In this document: piece after piece, positions 56,352 to 64,000 of the stretch
Numbering within the stretch: position 1 is the stretch's first letter
Layout of the letters: every line of letters starts with the position of its first letter
IMG/VR virus record: IMGVR_UViG_3300033146_000946
Span: 83,062-147,061 of that record
Reading direction: 5' to 3' (one strand)
Origin: a virus
Length of the DNA: 64,000 nucleotides
Position numbers and translations under genes: made by a program
The notes under the pieces: generated by a model
What the model was told of the DNA's origin: nothing
Databases searched by the model: none
Seen by the model: the letters and a program-made list of their open reading frames with translations, nothing else

Positions 56352-56576
56352 CTAATCGAAATATTTATTAATATCTATTGGTTCTTGTTCTTGTTGTATA
56401 TTATTAGATGTAGCATTTATTGTTGTATAATAATTATATAATTTAATTATATCATCACCTTTTATATGATATATAATGCCATCTTTATCTTGAAAGGCAA
56501 TTTGTCCTATTTCTCTTATAGAAGGAGCTATATTTTGTATATCTGATATACTAATTTCTGCTGAAATAATTTTCAT
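56352..56576 (-). CDS. Hypothetical protein
   Basis: 74 aa; SD AGGAG. Confidence 0.6.
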   Translation of the reverse strand: MKIISAEISISDIQNIAPSIREIGQIAFQDKDGIIYHIKGDDIIKLYNYYTTINATSNNIQQEQEPIDINKYFD

Positions 56577-56578
56577 TT

Positions 56579-57268
56579 TTATTCTCCTAATAAAACTATA
56601 TCATGATATAATGCATGATAATTTTTATAATCTTTATCTTTATGCCAATGACCAAAATAAAATTTTTTAAAAGTTATTCGTTTTTCAAGTTCTTTAAAAT
56701 ATAAAGCTACTGGATCTTCTATTAACCATCTAGGTTTAAACATTTGTTCAATTGCAGTTTGTGATGTTGTATGACCTAATACATAATCAACTTTATTTCC
56801 TATATTTATTAAATTATCTAAGCCATATTCATATTCTTCTTTTGATGGTAATTCTGCTTCCCACCAAGATTTATCTAAAATTCTAACTGAACGATCAATT
56901 GAAAATGCTCCACCCATAACAAAAAAAGTATTATTATTTATAATATATACTTCTCCACGTTTTAAATGAAATATTGAATCAGATACTTTACCAACTCTAC
57001 CATTAAATTTTTTTTCAATTGGTAGACTATATAACCTATCATGATTTTCATGATTACCATCTAAAAATAAAGTTGTCCATGGTTTTCTATTTAACCAATC
57101 GATCCAATATTTTTCATTAGCATCTGGTTCATCTTTCCATAATAAACCAAAATCACCTAATATAATTAGATAATCATCTTTAGTTAAAGTTTTACCTTCT
57201 GGCCATCTTGTACTAGCTAATTTAGTTATGGTATCGTGACCATGTATATCACCTGTTAAATATATCAT
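56579..57268 (-). CDS. Calcineurin-like metallophosphoesterase
   Basis: TGDIHG, LGDFG, DGNHEN, GGAFSID, FGHWH. Confidence 0.92.
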   Translation of the reverse strand: MIYLTGDIHGHDTITKLASTRWPEGKTLTKDDYLIILGDFGLLWKDEPDANEKYWIDWLNRKPWTTLFLDGNHENHDRLYSLPIEKKFNGRVGKVSDSIFHLKRGEVYIINNNTFFVMGGAFSIDRSVRILDKSWWEAELPSKEEYEYGLDNLINIGNKVDYVLGHTTSQTAIEQMFKPRWLIEDPVALYFKELEKRITFKKFYFGHWHKDKDYKNYHALYHDIVLLGE

Positions 57269-57310
57269 TGTATTTGTAAAAGTCCTTTAATATAAATATA
57301 TAACTTAAGT

Positions 57311-58519
57311 TTAATAATCTTTAGTTGTTTCATATAAATAATAATATAAAATATCATTATTTATAAAATATTCTTTACATTTTAGTTCTGTTAATTTATT
57401 AAATAACTTATCAGAATATAATTTATCTTCACCATTTGAAATATCCTCATAATCAATCATTAAAGCAATATCTTTTCTTATAGGATTTAAATGATTAGGA
57501 CATCTATAATAAATATTGTTTTTATTATACCAATGATCATATTGTAATGAATGAATAAATTCTACTGGATTTAAATTATTAGTAGTCATTATACCTTTAA
57601 AACCTATAACATCTGCACCTGATTTTATTCCATATAAAATATGTTTTATATAATTTTCAGATACTAAATCATCATCATCAATAAATGTTACATATAATCC
57701 ATTAGCATTATTTAATAAATTAGATCTTTTTTTACCAATAGAAATATCTAAGGTATCATCAATTAGTATTTCTGTTGTTTGTAATAATTGTTTATTTAAT
57801 ACAGATAATAATCTATTTAATTTTGTTTTTCTAACTGGAATTGAACAAATCAATATACTAAGAATTTTTAAATTCAATTTATCTAATATATTTAAATGTT
57901 TTCTAGATAAGTATATTTGTTTATCAAATATTTCTTGAGAAATAATAAATTTATCTATATTATCTATTTTTCTATTATGTGAAGAATGGTGATTATGTTT
58001 AAATATAGGTGATACAAATCGTTTATCTTTTAATAATTTTAATTCTAATAATATATCCCATAATTCATTATCTGAATACGTGTGAGTATAAATTGGATGA
58101 TATATTATTCCATTTAATTTTTTTAAAGTTATAATATCCATAATAGGTAATGTTATAATAGGACCTGAATTAAGACCATCATTATATCTAACACAACCAG
58201 TAAAATCTTTAAAATCTTCTAAAATAATAGTATCCCAGTGTTTAGGTGGAAACATATCATCAGATGCTAAAATAACGATATCTGTATCTGGTAAATTTAA
58301 TGTCAATAAATATTTTGATAATACAGTACATGCATTCGTTACACCTTTTATATTTCCTGTAAGTATACTATTATATTTTGATAATTCTGTTTTATGTTCT
58401 TCTATATTAACACCAGTATAAATTTGTATATTATCGATATTATCTGCTGTATTTAACCATTCATTATAAACTGATTTAAATACATTAGGTCTAATAGTTG
58501 GCCATAAAATATGTATCAT
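57311..58519 (-). CDS. Two-domain GT-A (GT2-like) glycosyltransferase
   Basis: ASDDMFP...WD; LSILICSI..R, IGKKR, FIDDDD, GED. Confidence 0.85.
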   Translation of the reverse strand: MIHILWPTIRPNVFKSVYNEWLNTADNIDNIQIYTGVNIEEHKTELSKYNSILTGNIKGVTNACTVLSKYLLTLNLPDTDIVILASDDMFPPKHWDTIILEDFKDFTGCVRYNDGLNSGPIITLPIMDIITLKKLNGIIYHPIYTHTYSDNELWDILLELKLLKDKRFVSPIFKHNHHSSHNRKIDNIDKFIISQEIFDKQIYLSRKHLNILDKLNLKILSILICSIPVRKTKLNRLLSVLNKQLLQTTEILIDDTLDISIGKKRSNLLNNANGLYVTFIDDDDLVSENYIKHILYGIKSGADVIGFKGIMTTNNLNPVEFIHSLQYDHWYNKNNIYYRCPNHLNPIRKDIALMIDYEDISNGEDKLYSDKLFNKLTELKCKEYFINNDILYYYLYETTKDY

Positions 58520-58521
58520 AC

Positions 58522-59244
58522 TTAATCCTTATATTTAAAATTATTAATTATTTCAGTAGACATAATTAAATCTTTAAATTGTTTATAATTATTTGGACGA
58601 GCATATGTACCCCATTCACCAATTGTATTTGTTCTAGATGTTTCAGGAATAGCTTCTAATAAATTATTATTATTTAAATATCTTGTAATATTACAATCCC
58701 ATCCTTCTTCTTTATGAGGTCCATAAGGTGAAATATCAAACCAATGATTTCTAATATGATTTAACCAAGTATCTTTAGAAATACACCATCCTAATCCATC
58801 AAAATAATTTTTAGTAATTATTGTATCAATACCTGATTTTTTAAATACACTTCTATTACATAATCCATAAATTATAACATTATCTTTTTGATTATTATAA
58901 TACCAATCAGCTAATTCAAATGCATCTGGTGCAAATATTAAATCATCTTCAATATGTATATTCCATTCACTGCCTGCAATAAATGCACGTTCAATACAAT
59001 TAAAAGGATTTTGTTGAACTCCTAATTGTCTATGATGTATCTGAATATTCATTTTTACAAAATCTTGTGATTCTAAATATTTTTTTGTATTTATTGTATC
59101 ATTTGATATTTTTCCTGGATTCATAAAACCAGTTTCTATATTAACAAATAAAGTATAATCAGATAAATCAAATTGTTTTAATGATTCAATTGTTTGTTCT
59201 AAATATTCTAATCTATTATTAGTTGGTAATGTTATTGTTTTCAT
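58522..59244 (-). CDS. GT-A fold glycosyltransferase
   Basis: LPTNNRLEYLEQTIESL, HIEDDL, GWD, SRTNTIG. Confidence 0.8.
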   Translation of the reverse strand: MKTITLPTNNRLEYLEQTIESLKQFDLSDYTLFVNIETGFMNPGKISNDTINTKKYLESQDFVKMNIQIHHRQLGVQQNPFNCIERAFIAGSEWNIHIEDDLIFAPDAFELADWYYNNQKDNVIIYGLCNRSVFKKSGIDTIITKNYFDGLGWCISKDTWLNHIRNHWFDISPYGPHKEEGWDCNITRYLNNNNLLEAIPETSRTNTIGEWGTYARPNNYKQFKDLIMSTEIINNFKYKD

Positions 59245-59277
59245 AATAATCCTTAATTGTTTTCATAATAATCCTTA
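59234..59277. repeat. Perfect 22-bp tandem duplication of the RBS and start codon
   Basis: ATTGTTTTCATAATAATCCTTA x2. Confidence 0.9.
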
Positions 59278-59283
59278 AATGAT

Positions 59284-59306
59284 GGTGGGATAAATTTTAT
59301 CCCACC
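59284..59306 (-). terminator. Hairpin, probable terminator
   Basis: GGTGGGATAA-ATT-TTATCCCACC just after the 59316 stop. Confidence 0.65.
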
Positions 59307-59315
59307 AATTTTTAA

Positions 59316-60302
59316 TTAAAGTCCAACACCATTAGCAATTCTTTGAATTACTAGATTAGCATCAGCATTGCCATTTGTAGAACTATCTACATCAACAATT
59401 GCTTGAACTTCTACAGTCATTTCTTGATCTTCTGGTACTACGAGTGTAACACCTTGTGCAAGTGATACATCACCACCTTGACCTGCAAGAATATGTGAAG
59501 CACTAAAACTTGATGGATAATCAACACCATCTACTACAAACTTACCTTTAAAGTTAAGACTTGTTGATGTTTGTGTTTCAATAGTCATTGCATAATCAAG
59601 TTTGTATACACCTGATTTAAGTGTTGCTTTTGTACCATCCCAAGATACATAACTAGGAATAGTATTAAGTCTAATAGTATCCATATTTACAATAGCCCAA
59701 GATGTAGGAATTGTAACTGTACCAAGATCAGAAAGATAAACTTCAAAAACACCATCACCTTCAGGATTTGGTTTTTTATCACATTCTTTTTCATATTCAA
59801 CTACTACTGAAATTTCACAAGCAGGTTTGAACATTCCAGGTTTACGAGCTTCAAAATCTTCAATTGTTCTACAACCAGCAGGTAATTCGATGATATTCAA
59901 AACATCACAATCACAAAATTTTTCTTTAATTGGAATACATTTTGTACCATGATCTTTACCATCAATATGAATAAATTCTACTGGTCTACCATTTTTTGTA
60001 AGTGCTAAAATTTCATTAGTTTCACCTTTCCAGACTACTTTAATATATTTAGCTTTTCCATCATTTACAGCATAACCAAGATATGTATTTCCTGCTGTTC
60101 TAAGAGGAGTAAATGGATGTTGTAGACATTCTATTCTTCCAAATAGATAATTACTTGTATCACAATAATTAAGATCTACATGACAATCATTGTGATCACC
60201 ACAATCATGGTGTTTAGGTTTTTCTTCATGCACTGGAGTAACTTCTGTTTCTGGCATTACTTCTCCTTTTATTAATTGTTTAAGAAATTGAGTAATATTC
60301 AT
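59316..60302 (-). CDS. Cys/His-rich protein with C-terminal C1q/BclA-like beta-sandwich
   Basis: HHDCGDHNDCH; C-terminal ATLKSGVYKLDY...TVEVQA...ANLVIQRI. Confidence 0.55.
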   Translation of the reverse strand: MNITQFLKQLIKGEVMPETEVTPVHEEKPKHHDCGDHNDCHVDLNYCDTSNYLFGRIECLQHPFTPLRTAGNTYLGYAVNDGKAKYIKVVWKGETNEILALTKNGRPVEFIHIDGKDHGTKCIPIKEKFCDCDVLNIIELPAGCRTIEDFEARKPGMFKPACEISVVVEYEKECDKKPNPEGDGVFEVYLSDLGTVTIPTSWAIVNMDTIRLNTIPSYVSWDGTKATLKSGVYKLDYAMTIETQTSTSLNFKGKFVVDGVDYPSSFSASHILAGQGGDVSLAQGVTLVVPEDQEMTVEVQAIVDVDSSTNGNADANLVIQRIANGVGL

Positions 60303-60317
60303 TTATCCTCAATATTG

Positions 60318-60956
60318 TTAAATTTTATTTAATAAATCTATTATAGTTTGATATTTAATATCATTATAATAGATACGAAATGTTTCTTCTGATTTATCAA
60401 GTAAAATATTTTTTAATTTTTTTCGTAATGTTGTTACAACTGCATTAGGTGATTTTTTAGATTTAATCTTATTACAATGTATAAAATTTCTATTTTTAAC
60501 AGAATTTTCAATTTGTGAATCAATTTCATTATTATTTTCAATAGACTGATAAAACCAACCTAAATTTAGATAATAATTAGATTTATCATGTTTACCTAAA
60601 TAATAATACATTTGATTATTAGCGCTAAATAATATATCACCTGGTTTAACATTACGTTTTAATTTTCTTAATTCTTCTAATCGTTTTTTTATTTTAATAT
60701 CTTGTTCAATATTTATTTCTTTAGAATCATTATTAGAAATTATATTTGATGATATTAATTCTTTTTTATTTTCAATATTATCTATATTAAAATTAGATAG
60801 GTTTAATATAGCATCATACTTTCCAGTAGTACTAATATAATTTCCATCTATAGTATATTTAATTGAATTACTATATGATTTTAATACTACAGCTACATAA
60901 TTATTATATAGTATAATATCGTTTGGTTTTATTTCAACACCTAACATATCATTCAT
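60318..60956 (-). CDS. Hypothetical protein (paralog of 60968..61558)
   Basis: DMLGVEIKPND, VKPGD...YYYLGK. Confidence 0.7.
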   Translation of the reverse strand: MNDMLGVEIKPNDIILYNNYVAVVLKSYSNSIKYTIDGNYISTTGKYDAILNLSNFNIDNIENKKELISSNIISNNDSKEINIEQDIKIKKRLEELRKLKRNVKPGDILFSANNQMYYYLGKHDKSNYYLNLGWFYQSIENNNEIDSQIENSVKNRNFIHCNKIKSKKSPNAVVTTLRKKLKNILLDKSEETFRIYYNDIKYQTIIDLLNKI

Positions 60957-60967
60957 TATTTATTCTC

Positions 60968-61558
60968 CTATAATAATTTTTTAAAATTAGTTTTAATATA
61001 ATTTATAACTTCAGATGAATTTCTTGCTGTATAAGAAGAATTATTAATACTATTTAAAATATCAATTAGTCTAATATTATCAATTTTTTCATAAACTGTT
61101 TTTCTTGATTTTTGTTTTATATAAAATTCATAAGGTAAACGTATTATATTATTATATTGAGTAAATACTATATGATGTTCAAATCCATCATATTTCCCAA
61201 GATATAATACATTATATCTATTAGTTTTATAACAATTTCCAGGTTTCATATTCTTTTTTAATTCTCGTTTATTTTTATCTAATTCTTCTTTTTTCTTTTT
61301 TAAATCAGCAACTCTTTTATTTACTGTAGTTATATTATTTTCGATATCATCTATTTTATTTATAGGTATCATATTGCTTGGTATTTTAACTAATTGAAAA
61401 TCTCTTAATTCTATGTAACTATAACTAGTATTAGTTACAATATAATTAATGGAACTATTATTTTCATATTTAATACTAACAATTTTACCTATAGACATAG
61501 AATATGTTCCAAATGTAACATAATCATCTACACTAATTTGTTGATTTAAACAATCCAT
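60968..61558 (-). CDS. Hypothetical protein (paralog of 60318..60956)
   Basis: DCLNQQISVDD, MKPGN...LYLGK. Confidence 0.7.
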   Translation of the reverse strand: MDCLNQQISVDDYVTFGTYSMSIGKIVSIKYENNSSINYIVTNTSYSYIELRDFQLVKIPSNMIPINKIDDIENNITTVNKRVADLKKKKEELDKNKRELKKNMKPGNCYKTNRYNVLYLGKYDGFEHHIVFTQYNNIIRLPYEFYIKQKSRKTVYEKIDNIRLIDILNSINNSSYTARNSSEVINYIKTNFKKLL

Positions 61559-61579
61559 ATTTATCCTTTTTTTTTAAAT

Positions 61580-61607
61580 AAAAAATGGGTGAGTAAAAAC
61601 TCACCCA
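61580..61607 (-). terminator. Intrinsic terminator
   Basis: TGGGTGAG-loop-CTCACCCA with U tail on minus. Confidence 0.85.
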
Positions 61608-61609
61608 CC

Positions 61610-61685
61610 TATAAAGGAGTTAAACATTTCGCACAATGTAATGCTTAACAGATATTGACGGGTAAAATATCTTTGGTCCCTTTAT
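61610..61685 (-). ncRNA. Unclassified three-way-junction RNA
   Basis: P1 UAUAAAGG/CCUUUAUA; P2 AGAUAUU/AAUAUCU; P3 GUUAAGCAUU/AAUGUUUAAC. Confidence 0.5.
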
Positions 61686-61686
61686 A

Positions 61687-62061
61687 TTAAAATAATTCTA
61701 TTGTGTATACTTCGTAGATATCATTATTAATATCTATAAATGTTATTTTATCGGAAAATTTCATTATACTAAAATTAATATTATTTTCGTTATCTTTAAC
61801 TATTAATTGTTTAATTATAATATTATTAATTTCAATTTCATTAATTTTAATAATAGTATAACTTTTTCCAATTTGTTTTTTATTCTTCATTCCTCTTAAT
61901 GATATATAATAATCAGTTATTATTATTTCAGATATAGAAGATGAAAGAGGGCGTTGACCACCAAAATTATTGATATCAACGCCATCATAACTTAATACTT
62001 TATATCTATCTTGACCAAATAATATACTAACTAAGAGCAATAAAGATAATATTATTTTCAT
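61687..62061 (-). CDS. Secreted protein with signal peptide
   Basis: MKIILSLLLLVSILFG|Q; SD AAGGAGGT. Confidence 0.75.
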   Translation of the reverse strand: MKIILSLLLLVSILFGQDRYKVLSYDGVDINNFGGQRPLSSSISEIIITDYYISLRGMKNKKQIGKSYTIIKINEIEINNIIIKQLIVKDNENNINFSIMKFSDKITFIDINNDIYEVYTIELF

Positions 62062-62091
62062 AATACCTCCTTTATGCTATTTAGTATAGTA

Positions 62092-62196
62092 TCAATTCCT
62101 GTAATTATTACTCAATTTAAATGACATAATTACAATATTGATTGCGTAAGAAAGTATAGAAAGTACCAGTTTTAATTTAAAGAATACATTTAGCAT
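62092..62196 (-). CDS. 34-aa hydrophobic peptide (not in the ORF track)
   Basis: SD TAAGGAG; MLNVFFKLKLVLSILSYAINIVIMSFKLSNNYRN*. Confidence 0.55.
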   Translation of the reverse strand: MLNVFFKLKLVLSILSYAINIVIMSFKLSNNYRN

Positions 62197-62283
62197 ATAT
62201 TAGCTCCTTATTTAAGTGAACTAATATATAAATAAGATAGTATATATACTAATATGTCGCTGCCGCGACGTTGGTACACTTTA

Positions 62284-62312
62284 AATATATATCATAATTT
62301 AAATATTGTCAA
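62284..62312 (-). promoter_or_regulatory. Sigma70-type promoter
   Basis: TTGACA-N17-TATATT. Confidence 0.75.
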
Positions 62313-62590
62313 GTATTATTTTCAAATTGTTTTACTAAATTTTTATCTCTTATTGCTGTATATTTATTTTCATCTATTAATTTAACTATTATAGCTTTTT
62401 CATTTTCAGTCATTACAAATTTATAATATTTATCAGTTAATTTTATAGGAATAGCTTTATAAAAATTATCCATATTTTTTGTAGTTACATTAAATAATTT
62501 TGATTTATTTTTTTGAATCCAAATAATATCTTCTGGACGTTCAATTTTAGTATTAGTTACTTTATTAATACGTCGTAGATTCATATTCAT
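62309..62590 (-). CDS. Small protein (starts MNMNLRR)
   Basis: 93-aa ORF. Confidence 0.65.
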   Translation of the reverse strand: MNMNLRRINKVTNTKIERPEDIIWIQKNKSKLFNVTTKNMDNFYKAIPIKLTDKYYKFVMTENEKAIIVKLIDENKYTAIRDKNLVKQFENNT

Positions 62591-62846
62591 TCCATTCAGT
62601 TAAATTTTTATAATTTCTAGATTTTAATTCAATTCTAATATTATGTATAATATCAATACATTGATTATAATATATTTTATTAAATTCTGCTATTTCATCT
62701 GAAATAAGATCATTTAAATAACTTAATATTAAAATTAAATCTTCTGTAGAAGCTGTACTTGTATAATATTCTTTTCCATTATAAATAAATTTAAAATCTT
62801 TTGATTTGTTGTTAATTAAATTATATTTTATTTTTCTAAGATTCAT
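62565..62846 (-). CDS. Small protein (starts MNLRKIKY)
   Basis: 93-aa ORF. Confidence 0.65.
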   Translation of the reverse strand: MNLRKIKYNLINNKSKDFKFIYNGKEYYTSTASTEDLILILSYLNDLISDEIAEFNKIYYNQCIDIIHNIRIELKSRNYKNLTEWNEYESTTY

Positions 62847-63219
62847 TTATTTTAACTTGAACTTTAATAATTGTATCTTTTATATTATTTTTATATAATA
62901 CTTGAATACTATCTACATATGCAGAATCACTCTGTCTAAACAATAATGATGAATCTGTATATGTATATTTATTGAGAACAACTATTGATATGTTATTCCT
63001 ATGTTCAATAGGAACAGTTGTACGATTAATTGTATTATATGTTGTGTACTTGCTTTTATTATATACTGAATGTGTACCATTAGCAATTACACCAAATATA
63101 AACATTAACAGAAACGATAAACTTATCCCATCAGCATTACCATCTTGTATAGCCATTATAAATAATCCTATAAATAGTATAAAAGCTATGTATAAAATTG
63201 TTAAAAGTATTATTATCAT
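62836..63219 (-). CDS. Membrane protein with two N-terminal TM helices
   Basis: Hydrophobic N-terminus; SD AGGAG. Confidence 0.7.
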   Translation of the reverse strand: MIIILLTILYIAFILFIGLFIMAIQDGNADGISLSFLLMFIFGVIANGTHSVYNKSKYTTYNTINRTTVPIEHRNNISIVVLNKYTYTDSSLLFRQSDSAYVDSIQVLYKNNIKDTIIKVQVKINES

Positions 63220-63230
63220 TTACAACTCCT

Positions 63231-63470
63231 TTAATAAGCACACTCATAACAAGTGTATGGATATTTGTCATAGTTATCGTTATCACCCTTTTTAATAATC
63301 CCCTTACCACACAGGGTTTTATCTTTCCACGAGACACATCGATGTCTTTTACCATCTACACCAATACAATCTATAATGTTCATAGACTCTATCATAGACA
63401 AATCGTAATGATGTTCTAAATCTTTTTGATAATCTTTTTCGGTGTAATCATCATCAAACCAACTATCCAT
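63231..63470 (-). CDS. Cys-rich small protein
   Basis: HRC...TLCG...CYEC. Confidence 0.6.
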   Translation of the reverse strand: MDSWFDDDYTEKDYQKDLEHHYDLSMIESMNIIDCIGVDGKRHRCVSWKDKTLCGKGIIKKGDNDNYDKYPYTCYECAY

Positions 63471-63496
63471 GATATATATCCCTTACAGTTTTTAAT

Positions 63497-63763
63497 TTAT
63501 TTATTAGATTTCATCCAATCATCAGTAATCTTTTCAACTTTATCTTTGGCTATATTCTTTATCCACATACCTGTTCTGACCAAAAATAATATAGGTATAA
63601 ACAAAAACCATATTATTGATAATAAAATTATAACTCCAATATAACCACTGAATTTTTCCATATTGTTATCAACAATATCCCAAACGATTTCACTAAATAC
63701 TACAGACATTATCACTAATAGTGTTAAAGTCCCAACAGCTCCAACTATATACAATTCTATCAT
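63497..63763 (-). CDS. Membrane protein
   Basis: Two hydrophobic segments. Confidence 0.65.
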   Translation of the reverse strand: MIELYIVGAVGTLTLLVIMSVVFSEIVWDIVDNNMEKFSGYIGVIILLSIIWFLFIPILFLVRTGMWIKNIAKDKVEKITDDWMKSNK

Positions 63764-64000
63764 AGGTATTCTCTTTCTAATCTAATTTAAAACTTCTATA
63801 CTTACCATTCTTTTTATTCTTTTGTATAATCATAATGAATTGAGTTTTACTTCCATCAGAACGAGTTTTTGTCCATACAGTAGATACATTTTTAAGATTG
63901 ACATCTTCCCAATTTGAACCATTATTATTGAATATCAAAATCAATGATAGAACAACCACAAGAACGCCTAAAATAAATGTCAGTTTGTTTTCTTTAATTG

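Noticed and set aside
6454-63644. Short shadow ORFs (6454-, 6491+, 9875+, 16672-, 20904-, 23512+, 25132+, 25927+, 36255+, 43637+, 46528-, 46622+, 46982+, 50867+, 51861-, 52105+, 54487+, 62972+, 63137-, 63198+, 63426+)
   Set aside because: They lie within or opposite well-supported genes and lack motifs
1-64000. Stop-codon reassignment
   Set aside because: Known genes are full length and tile densely in code 11, with TAA, TAG and TGA all used as stops

Overview
Very AT-rich (roughly a quarter GC or less by eye), gene-dense segment of a large dsDNA bacteriophage genome read in the standard bacterial code. It covers the replication, nucleotide-metabolism and accessory region. No capsid, portal or terminase gene was recognised. 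Genes run on + from 2.5 to 12.4 kb and almost entirely on - from 12.4 to 64 kb. Recognisable genes: Cas4-like nucleases, Rad52/Sak-like annealase, primase-helicase, five glycosyltransferases, Hsp20, sigma-70 factor, ATP-dependent ligase, GMP reductase, class II ribonucleotide reductase split by a group I intron carrying a LAGLIDADG endonuclease, lipase, intein-containing family B polymerase, GroES, UvrD, RecA, Ycf46-like AAA module, SSB, Clp ATPase and a ThyX-like protein. The most unusual observations are four. (1) A candidate phage-encoded ubiquitin-like conjugation operon: ThiF/E1, a 767-aa Cys-containing protein, GroES and a 72-aa protein ending in GG. (2) About ten unrelated small proteins that all begin with M(I)NLR, encoded by different synonymous codons. 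(3) Unclassified structured RNAs at 45.09-45.35 kb and 61.61-61.69 kb. (4) A candidate origin with divergent TTGAY-N17-TATATT promoters. All family calls come from motif recognition by eye; no database searches were run.
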